From assembly GCF_964355755.1 (NCBI RefSeq), contig NC_092676.1, positions 27,732,871-27,796,870 on the forward strand: DNA of 64,000 nucleotides, written 5' to 3'. Numbering within the stretch: the stretch's first letter is position 1; each line of letters begins with the position of its first letter. This document shows, in pieces, positions 36,177-48,100 of this stretch. The position numbers and the translations under genes were made by a program. Source of the stretch: Antedon mediterranea (Eukaryota; Animalia; Echinodermata). The notes below the pieces were generated by a model. That model searched no databases. It saw nothing but the letters and a program-made list of their open reading frames with translations, and had not been told where the DNA came from.

Positions 36177-39100
36177 CTACCACGAAACAACATCTAACAA
36201 TGTTGAAGCAGCTGACTCAATAGTAAATGTTAGTACAGATAGTTGCTTATCGACAGACTGCCATCGTAATTCTTCGTCTTCTATTTTCATAGCGGTGTAT
36301 AGTCCCGGGAATGGATGTTCGTTAGTTGGAGCGAATAATACATGTCTAGAATTGGAATAATAATAAAAAGCACTAAATCGACTGCAGTCTGGGTTCAAGT
36401 CGGAGTTTTTTCTTAATATTAGTACAGTAAAAAGATAAATATTTTTGCACATATGGCGTTTGATACGTATAACGTACTATTTGAGCTTGGGTTTTCAGAC
36501 AAAATCAAAGTAAAAAGAAGACAATGAATACAGACTTGGTGCAAGTTTAAATCGACTGGTGTAAAGGAGAAAGGGAAAGGGGGAGGGGGGGGGGGTTCGT
36601 TCAATAATTGGTTACTTTGTGCATAGTATGTATCCATGCTTTGTGTGTGTGGTGGGTGTGTGCGTGGGTGGGTGTGTGCGTGGGTGTGTGCGTGGGTGTG
36701 TGCGTGGGTGTGTGTGGTGGGTGTGTGTGTGCGTGGGTGTGTGGATGTGTGTATGTGTGTTGGGGGAGAGGGTGTGATTTGTAAACATTTAACACTAAAT
36801 AAACCTACCTCTGTATTCGTTGTTGTAGGTTTAGCCTCGGGAGCCCTTCTCGATCCAAAAACGCTCTGTCAAGCAACGCCATTTGGTCGTTAACTTTACG
36901 TACATCTAGTACTCTAAAATGAGTAGGAATAATAATATGGTTTTTGGGCATTGACTAATGAATGACGTGTCAATTTTAAAATTGAGGAGTAAAGTTATGG
37001 GTCTGTGACAATCAAGCCATTACTATTTTCCAGATTACCGAAAAACTCCCGAATGAGCACTTGTCAATTTTTGGCCAGAAAGAAAGGGGACCACTAACAA
37101 TCTCTAGTTACGTGGGTAAATGTCTCAAAGAAAACTGAAAATCTTACCTTTCTTTATCAATATGTTTTAGACGGTCGTTAAAATTTGATGCAGCAATAGA
37201 AAAGTTGGTTATAGCACCTTCAAGATAGTCTATATAAAGTAAATACAGTAATATATAGTTATTATATTGTAGTGTGACTTTCTTAAAAAAGTGCATACTA
37301 ATATAACTTCTTTCAGTACAACGCCCTCTATACTATTCCATTAAGAATACTACTGTAGGACAAATCTATATAATCGATTAATGTGATCAGGCAATTAAAA
37401 CCATTATTACCAAAAGAGAAGCCATGGTTAGTGATCTCTTTACTAATATTCAGCGATTTAAAGTCGTCAAACTGACGTTGTATGTAGTCCGCGTATGCTA
37501 CAACGTCGATTGGTAGGATGTACTCGTCGCCAAGACGACGCAACATTTCACCAAAAATTTGCGCAACGGCTTGATGAGTTTTAAATCCGGGATCTATCAA
37601 TTCATCCATTAATCGGAATGTTTCGTATGATGTGTGGTATAAAGGATAAAATGAACGCCAATGGTCATACTGTGGTGGAAGAAACAAAAAATGGTCAATG
37701 CAGGAATTGAAGAAGGTGCATCAGTTGGTTCACACTTAGACGCAACTCAAGCGAATTGACCAATCACAAGCGACAGTTCGAATAATCCATCGCTTGTGAT
37801 TGGTAAAATTCCTTATGTTACATTACGTCGTTGTGTTGCGTTGGGAAGCAAGCTTTAGTTGATTCACATTTGGACGCAACGCAACGTTAGGCACTAAAGT
37901 GATTTTAAAGCTCGAATGATCCATCGCGTCGTGATTAGTCAAATTTCATGCGGCGTGCTTACGTCATTGCGTCAACGTGGAACCAAGCCTTAAAGCGTGG
38001 TTCCCACTAGCGACGCAACGCAAGGACGTAACGCAATTGACCAATCAAAAGCGATGGCTTATTTGCTTGTGATTGCTAACTGTCTATATCTTCGCTTGTC
38101 ATTGATCAACACGCTTACGTTGCGTTTACGTGCTTGCGTTATGTTCTAGTGGGAACCAAGCTTAAGCGTGGTTCGCATGAAAACGACGCAACGTAAGAAA
38201 ATGCCCTTCCAATAATTGTGTTTGCCTCCGCCGCCTGCGTGAAATCAAACCTGTGATGTTTGCAGCACTGTTGCGTCGTCGGTTCCCACTCGTGATTACG
38301 CAATACAGCACTTTGCGTCAATACGTCGTTGCGTTGCGTCCTAGTGTGAACCACGCTTTAGAGTTAGGAAAGTATACGGTAGTAAATGGTAAATACGAGA
38401 GGAAAACTGAGAATGGTATTTAGGCCTATTCACGTCAGATGTATTTTTAATAAATAAACCGAGAGAAAAGAAAAAAACTCATGCAATATTTTAAATTTAT
38501 TTTCCGGACAGGGGGATCGCACTCTGCTCTCAGAAAAAGTTAGAAAACACAACATAAGCTTACAAAATTGTATGAATAGAAGGCACTAATGGTGGGGACA
38601 CCCACTCCAAACACGAATCCGTAATAATCGCTACCACCTAAAACCATAGGGATTCTGAAAAAGAAATACGCACAGAGATTAGTATCAATAAATTGAACAA
38701 CAATTGAAATAATTCAGGTAGGCAAGTTGGACAGTTCGAATAATCCATCGCTCAAGTGATTTGTCAACTTAACTCCCATACATTACAGTAGGACCTAACA
38801 TTCATAGCATTTGTTAGACCCCTCCCCCCCCCCCACCAAGTCTGTAGTTATCGTCCTTTTCTATGTTATTGTTAGTTAGATTTTTGTCTGAAGAAAAACT
38901 ACCATGAGCTCAAGCATTATACGTATGAAACGCCATATGTGCCAAAATATCTTTTTAGTAATTTCGGTCTATATACTAAGCATTTCGTATACACAGCGCG
39001 CCTTGTATGCAACGATAAAGCCATACTTGAACTGATCATTAGGTGAAATTCGGAAAAAGTATGTTAATTTGTCACTAGTGAAACGAACTGTATACAGTGC

Positions 39101-42100
39101 ATGATAATAAAGTTATAAAATTGGGATGAACGAAAAATAATAATATAAAGCTCTATCTACAATATCAAACTTGATGTGACAAAAAAATGTGATGTGCCCA
39201 TATATAGACATGATGATGTCATATCACACTTTTTTTGTCAAACTAGTGTGATAGTGTGGACAGAGCTTTATATTATTATTTTTCTTATTGCTCTTGTATG
39301 CCCGTAAATGGTTGCAAGAAACAACGCCATTAAACTTGACCTAAAATTGACATTATATATACTATTATAAATATATATTATTGTCAAAACTGCCTTAATA
39401 TAAATTTATTATTGACAATATGTATATAATATATATTTATATATCAATTTGATCTCTGGTGTGTGAGCTTACAAAAGGGGATAGAGGGCTGTTCCGCCGT
39501 ACCACTCCGAGAGTGTTAAAGAGTTGCTATCCAATCGAGTTTGAACAATACCATGAAAGCCTCAGGGGTCTAATAATTAGGACATTTACATATCAAGCAG
39601 AAGGTTCTGGGTTCGAATCTCGATTGAGGCTTTCCTCATCTTTATCGTTTGAAATTAATTAATTAAAATTCAGTATATATTACTGGGCGGTTTAGAACCC
39701 ATGTTCTGTGTCTGATGTGTATATATTATACACCCACAGCATTGTCATTTTTTGAGTAATTAGCCTTTGATTTATATATTCATTAAATATATATTATAGA
39801 CATTAATGATATACATACTCTCGAAAACTATTCTTATTTGAATTATTTCCTGGAGAGGTTAATCTCACACTCATGGTGTTATACAACGTTGTCTTGTCGT
39901 CGAAAGCTGCACTAGGGTCACGAACCTGAAAACATTTAAATGCGAATCTACAATTTGAGAATTAAAACACTAAAAACATAATAAAGTCACAATAACACAA
40001 ATTGCAATTCTACTTAATAAGATTTTATAATCTTAGAGCTCTGGCTACACTATCAAACTTTATGCGACAAAAAATGTGATGTGCCCATATATGGACATGA
40101 TGACGTCATATCACTACCATATTTGGGTATATCACTACCATTTTTTGCGCATCAGAGTTTTTTTTGTCAGACTAGTTTGATAATGTATACAGAACTTACT
40201 CTCTTAATGTAAAAGAGTGAAAATCCACTCTTTTCGAGTGAATTTTCACTCTTTTGAGGAGTGGTATTAAGGACCACTCTTCAAAGAGTGAAAACCACTC
40301 TTTGAAAAGAGTGGAACTATTCACTCTTTGAAAGAGTGGGAAAAGAGTGGAAAAAGAGTGAAATAATATTGTCACTCTTTTGATAAAGAGTGATAGTCAC
40401 TCTTTAAAAGGAGTGGGAGCTCACTCTTTTATAGTATTTTCACTTCTTTGAAATGCAGTACTGTAGTGAAATCTTAAAAAGTACTTTAAATCTGCTGGTT
40501 CAATGTATAAAATATCTCTAACAATAACACGACCAAAGATGGATAATAAAATCAAATATTAATTTGTTATCATAGTGCAAAATTGTTACTACTACTGCTG
40601 TAGATGACAGATTACGCACACAGGATAAATGAAATAGAAAAAACTTTAATTTCACTAAAATAGTAGCATTTATTAATTAATAATAAAGTTCAATGTAATA
40701 TATCACAATATGTTGGGCAACTAAGTGCTTAAAAATTAACCAAAATCAAGAGAAAAGTATATTAAGACAATTTTTTAATTAAAGCATACAAAGATTAATA
40801 CAAATTTGGAATGAATGTAAGGCAATCTTTGACTTTATACACAACACCAAACAAGCAATAGTAAAACAAAAGTTAAAAAATGTATTACGTACGTATTTTA
40901 CCTTTGCGTTAAATGGCTGTAATATTTAAAGTTGCATTCTCTACGTTTTTTCGACCTAATTTAAGGTCACAGACTACATTTTATGTAAAAATAAATAATA
41001 TATGATCCTATAAAAAGAGTAAAGGCAGCCAGGAAAAAAAACATTAAAAGTATAAAATGACTTAAAAACTAAATCAAAAGCTAACACTACTGCCGAACCA
41101 GCTTCGGTAGCACAATGGTCACAGACAAGAAAATATTGTTCCGGATTTGTGGAAGGACCAAGGGCTAACAAAAATGGTTGAGTGAACTTGTCACTCTTGT
41201 TTTTGGAAAACGTGTCTACACTGGTGCCAATCTGTAAAAATAAGAAGAAATATCGTTGTTCTTATTTGTTTAATCAAAATAAGAGAATAAAAAGTACATT
41301 TATTTTTGTGTACTTTATGTCAATAATTGATAAACCAGGTACATAAAATAAAAATGAAACTACGCAATTGATGAAACATAATAGGGCATTAATAATAGGA
41401 CATTTGACAAACGTACTGTATGTGTGAATGAAACAAAACTTGTTAACAGCAAATTTATTTAGGCACAAAAGATGACTCAATTATTGTTACTGCTTGTGAA
41501 TCAAGAATTATTTAAACAAGACCTTCTATTTTGTTACTTACTGGTTGATGTTGGATAAGGTAGTCAAGTGACTCTTCCCTACTGGCTCCTTTTGATTTTC
41601 CTTTGCCTTTCTTTGTACAATGTGCATTTGAAGATGGCAGCATCAGGGCTAAAACCTTTATGGCACATATGTCACCTGTAAATAAACATACAAGATATCA
41701 GTACTATGTTTTTAGTTTATATACCTAACTTTTCAATTTAAGCCATTTGACTTGTGAATAGGTATTGTAAATATTTAGATAAAGAATCGTCTTTTTAAAA
41801 TGTAATACTGTGTACTACGCCTAGGCTGTGCACGCCAGCATACTTACAGTAAAAGAAAAACGTTCCATCTAGATAAAAATCCATCTGAAATGTCATCTCC
41901 ATATGTGATCTTAAAATCAAGATTTATCTGTGGAAATATGTGAATAATTTCATTGTGCTAAGTTACATATCAAATATCGAGCGGTGTATAGGGGCCAAGC
42001 AGTAAGGCAGGGGCGCCACAAACCACAGCCATAACATTGGCAAGGCTCAGTCACTTCTTCATTGTTCTGGTGGAAGAACAAGTCTTCTCGGATAAGGACT

Positions 42101-45100
42101 AAATCATAGGTCCAGTATACATACACTTAAATTGTCATTGTAAATATCTTACCAATCATGGCATGTCCTTTATTCGTGGAAACATTTCAAGCACTTTTGT
42201 TATTGTTGGATTTTTTGTTTTAATGATCGTTGACCTCATGGTGGCTGTCTCCTTAAAATATGTCCTTATCTGCGCAGTATTTTCACGGTTAGCTGGGTGA
42301 TACTTCATCCATTCAATCTTAAATAAAAAATATTTATATTTAAGAAAACAAAATTAAAACAATTTAATACGGTATTTGACAAAAAGGAAATAAGAACTGC
42401 TTTCAAGGTATTTATACCAAGTTGATCTTTTCTTTATACTAGAGTATAATCATTTTTATCAGTTTAGACCACTACCAAATATGGTACACACTTAGCTAAG
42501 GGATCACCTTAAAGAGGTGCAGAGAGAAAGACTAGTAGTAATATCAACAGTGTGGTAAATTAAGATGATCCCTAAATTCTTTAGTCTTTACAAAGTGAGT
42601 TATAAATAACCCAACCTGTCATTCTTAAAGATCAAAGGTGTTATACTGTACTATAGTACTAATATAGACCTAAAATAGTTTGTAAGCATTTTTCTTCTGC
42701 CACACACTCATTTGTGTAGTCTAACTTAACTAGGCCTAGTATAGTTGTTTAAAACTTTATTTCATTCTCAGTGAAACAATGAATACTGTATTTAAAAGTT
42801 CCAACTACAGTACAGTTGGTTTCTATATTATCATTACAGCCAATGGCAACAGAGCAGCATCATTGGCAATCATGCATGAACATTTGTGTGAAAACACTAA
42901 TTATAATTATAAAATTTGTTAAATGAAGTACAAATATATACTTATACTACTCTATCTAGCCTAGAGCCTAGCCTATCTATAAGGCTAGGCTTTGTTATCA
43001 TATCACTTTTGGCCTAGGTCTAGACCTACTTACTTAAAATAGTACTAATTTAAAGGTCTAATATGATCGTGCATATAATAATTAAAATCGCTAGCTAGGC
43101 CTTCCTTCCTATGCTAGGTTTAGCCAGGCTAGTAGTACAGGCTAGTAGTAGGCCAATAAAAAAATGTGGCCAATTAATTTATTTAGGCCCTAAAACAAAT
43201 AATATTAATTATTAATTAATATTAAATAAATATTATTAAATAATTAATATCATCATAACATAAGGAGAATAGACAAGCCTATGCTAGGCCTATGCCTATT
43301 ATAAGTAGTAGGCATTTTGACAATTTCTAACTAGGCCTAGGCCTAGCTCTAGTGCGGCCTTAAGTTGTCATGCTATTTGCGTTTATTCCTCCTCCTGCAG
43401 CCGGACCGGTCTCCGTACGAGTACGTGCGAGTAAAGGGTAACAGGATGCGACCGGTCGACCGCGCCCTGCCTTCAGGCTAGAAGGATTATTATTTCAAAG
43501 TGTACAGTAAATTTGTTACTGATGTTTCTTCCTCGCCTCTCAAATATAATATGTCTCTATATTATCAGTATTGTAAATAATCATCTTATTCAATATTCTT
43601 ACCTTCAATCAGTTTAATTGTCTCATTTTAATGCTAAATTTCTGAAGAAACTCCTCCATGATGACGATGTCACGCGATGGTGGTGAAAACAAAATGTCTC
43701 CCCATCAAGCACAAAAATTGCGCCAAAATTGCATACGCGTCTCTGATTGGTTCACGCGGTCACTCTTTTTTCACTCTCGAGGAGCGAACTGCTTTCAGCT
43801 ATTCGTATTATTTTAGACGATTTTAACCACTCTCGGGGAGTGAAAAATCGCTCTTTTAGAGTGAAAACAGTTTCACTCCCCACAACGAGTGACGTTTTCA
43901 CTCGTTTACAATAAGAGAGTAAGATAATATAATATCAAGATAAAGATTTATTATTTAAAATTTATTTTAGTGAATGTCACTAGACTTTTTGGATGTTTGG
44001 GCGTGGCAAACATTTACGTACCGTTTTCGCCGAATCTAAAGCAACGTTTGCTAGATGAGGTGAACCGCTAACACGTAAAACGTAACTGCCTGTAAAAACA
44101 AATCTGCATCTTATTGTTATTCTGTAAAAGTGGTTATTATTACGAATTGTGACCAGAGGCTTTGTGTCAACTGTGTAGGTCTATAACAATAGACAAAAGA
44201 CACAGTCAACTCTACTCCACATTAGTTAAATACAGTCAACTTTCCCATACAGAGGAGTCTCAGAAACAGTAAAAATGGATGTTTAACATTATAAACAAAT
44301 CCGAATACCAGACTTTCCAGACATAAACAGGCCAACTCAAATGTGTCTAGTATTGGAAGAGTTGGTATAACGTTTACCTGCTACGGCTATATCAATGTTG
44401 AGATACGCAACTGCACGTTCGACTAGATTCATGTAAAACTCCTGTAAACCAAACATATACGTATATGACTATGACTGAGTGCACTAAAATCACGATAGAT
44501 CAGAGAGTTATTATAAGCTGAATATCTTTGCGATAGATACAGTGTTTAAGCAACGCACAAAAAGTTATAGTCTGTGCGCTGGCATGTACTAAACCAGAAC
44601 CATTCGGAATTGGTGGAAATATAATATTAGCTTAACTTTCCATTTGCACTTCACACAACAAAGGTTGTATCGCTACTCGTGCGCGCTACGCAGTATTATT
44701 TACCTCCGTGTATTCGACAGATCCAATTAGACCGAATTCTTCAGCTCCCCAGCTGCCAAAAATGATGGTGCGACGAGGGCGCCAACCTGTGCTTATAATA
44801 GAAGAAGACACCATCATAATAACAGTGTATGGTAGTTGGTGAATAAACTAGTTACACGGCAGCCGTGAAATACATTGTGATGCCGTGTAGGCAAACTGTC
44901 TATATTTAAATCTGGGGAGTATGAAAGCGATTGAACAGGTAGGTTTCAAACCCTATTATGCAATATTCATTTAAGTATAAATAGGCCTACCTTCTTGTTT
45001 CAACTTTCCAAATACTCGTGATAATTCCAGGAGGCAAGCCGTTCCACTAGTGGGGTCCACTGAACCTAGCCCCCAAGCATCCCGGTGATTTCCGATTAAT

Positions 45101-48100
45101 ATATATCGATCTATAAAAAATATCTTTTTTTTTTTTATTTTACTTTAAATTTTAATTTTTAATTTTACCCCGTTTAAATAAGTTAGTGATTGATTCCTAA
45201 AAAACTATTATAACTATTTATATATTTATTTTAATATATCGAATTCTGAAATTGACTGCCAGGTAACATTTGTGTATATTAATTACGATACGATATCCTA
45301 TCACTCTTCAAATTCATATTTGTAATATTAATAAAAGTTAATAACCTGTCTACAGTAATCACAAAATTATTAATGAAAGAGTATTTGTTGCCTTAATACA
45401 TTTCCACGTTATGAATTAATTCGAAAACTCTGTATCATCAAAGCCGAAAATAATGAAAGTAAAATGATATCTAATCAATATATTATTCATAACTCCAAAG
45501 GGGCCATTAGGAACATAAACAAACTGCTAGTCCCATGGGCATAACTCTTTGACTTTGTTATTTGGAATAATTACAAAATTTGGCACTTCTAATATATTGA
45601 ATATAATTTATAATAAAAAATATGAACAAAAATGATACAGGATGACTTCAATACAGAAATAAACTACACTGGCTTATTTAGACACAATCTGCCCACGACA
45701 GAAATAAAGGGCACGAAATAATAGAACGCGATAGTGTAGAGAGCTTACCGATGATGAAGTTTATTGACAATGATAAGATAATTTGCATCTTTTAAATCAA
45801 TTTGCTTCATAGGAACGTACCTGGTTCAAACTCGCCCTTCAGATAACCCATGACGTTGTAGGTCCAATGCTGACTTGTATTCGAGTTGATAACTATCCGT
45901 ACTCGACTTAAAATAGAAAACAAATACAATACTGTGTTTATGTAGTATATAAAAAAAAGTTACCTATAATTGTAAATAATTCACAATTTAAATTGTCGAC
46001 AAGTTTGGTGCAACGTTTTATCACATTGTGAATTAAAAACCAAAACAAGTGTGATCGGCCCAAATATGGTAGTGATATGACGTCGTCGTGTTCATATATG
46101 GGCACATCACATTTTGTTGTCATATAAAGTTTGATATTGTAGATAGAGCTTAAAAATGCATATACTCACTAGTCCTTGTATGGCGCCTTGAAACCTGGGC
46201 CTGTTCTGTATTCGATGTCTAAAGTACCCGTACGTGGAGCTTGTTCCCCTTCCATTTTGCTGTAAAGAAAATAGAAGAAAAACACACCTATATACATTAT
46301 ACTGTTATGCAGGTGAGAGATAGACTCAAATAAAAGCCACTTCTAAACTGACCCTTACTTAAGTAACTGTCTTAGAGATCGAAACTGTGATTCTTTAAGT
46401 TTTGTCTACACTACATATAATAATAGTATAGTGATATGACATCATCATGTCCATTATGGGCACATCACATTTCTTTGTCACATAAAGTTTGATAGTGTAG
46501 ACAGAGCTTAAGTGGTCTTTTTGAGAGTGCCCTGCAGTTCTGCATCACTATGCAAATGCTTTCTTTTCAAAGAAAATAAAAAATAAGCTTAGGCCTCACG
46601 ATAACCAAGGTTTTTTATTAACCACTTCAAGTATCCTAGGCTCACTTCTAACCACAACAAGTATCATAGACTCATTTCTAACCTACCTTAACAACTCCTT
46701 AGCGTCTGCGTAGCCGATAGGGTGCACGATAATTTTAGGTAGTCCTGCATCACTGACATTCAAACGATAAGCATAATCTAAAGAAAAGTTATATTTTTTA
46801 TTAATTTAAGCGATCAAGTGCTCGCTTCTCTTTTGAAAACCATATCCTGATTGGTTACTTATAACAGATAATTTGAATACGGTATGTTACGAACAAGACG
46901 AATATCCTTGTTGGGGTTTGTCTTATTCACCCGGATAAGTTTGTCCATGAAGCTAATTTGGCAGGTAAATAACTAAGTCTGAACGCGTTGGAAGTATCAA
47001 GCTATGTCTACACTGACAAACAAGTATAATGTGCCCAAATATGGTAGTAATATGCTAAACAATATTAGTGATATGACATCATCGTGTCCAGGGGCACATC
47101 TCATTTTTTTGTCACATAAAGTTTGATAACGTAGACTGAGCTTCATGACCATCATTGCTGTACCTTTTGACGGATATCCCGGTGTTAACGGATCTCCAAG
47201 TTCAGATAGGATCGATCCTCGCGGAGCAGCGGTACTTGGTAAACCCGTTCCATTAGGATAAGATTCCCATGAAGAATAATCTTCTGGATCGGGGTACAGG
47301 ATCAAACCCGCAGCTCCATACTCTTCCGCGTTTTTCACCTTAGAAAAATATGTAAATGTAATTTAAAAGCAGCTGTATCCGATCCCCAGTGCATGGAGTT
47401 ATATCCATTTTTATACCTCCATGCTCGGTATATGTCGATATTCATTTATTTTTTGCGCATAATAATCATCTTAAAGTTATAAAATATATGTAATGGAGTA
47501 GATGGTTTTAAAGTGATAAAGGAACTTCGCTTACAATGGCTATTTGTTTATCTTTTTTATATCATCATGGCGGAAGATTCCTCCATATTTGGATGCACGC
47601 ACAATGATCCGTCGGTTGTGATTGGTTTGATGCGCGTAAAGCTTGCTTCCCACTAGGAGGCAACGCAAGGGCGTAACGCAACGCAAGGTGATTTGCCCAA
47701 TCACAAGCGATGGATTATTCGAACAGTCGCGTGTGATTGGTCAACTCGTTTGCGTTGCGTCTACGTCCTTGCGTTACTTCACTAGTGGGAACCACGGTTA
47801 AGTTTAATGTACTGCGAACCAGTGGCGAATCAAGCTTTACTACACTATGCAAATGATGCGATTTTGGTGACGAAATTGATGCTAACAGACTTATCGCGAA
47901 CTCACCTTATTAAAACGCGGTATGCCACTCATTCTTGCAATTAAAATCTTATCCTTCAAATTAATACCAACTGTATTGGTTAGATAGTTAAGATCTTTTA
48001 CTCTGCAGTAATGAACGAAGACCAAGTCACCCTGTAATGATAAACATAATCGTAAGTTGATAAATACATATTCTTTCTTATCCCATGACATGCATAATGT

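Noticed and set aside
36419-36893. Short ORFs with HTPT/CAWV repeats
   Set aside because: Translations of a GT-rich microsatellite
46168-46172. Apparent TAG stop at the end of NAALADase exon 7
   Set aside because: TA is followed by a gtgagt donor and joins the T of the next exon to give TAT (Tyr)
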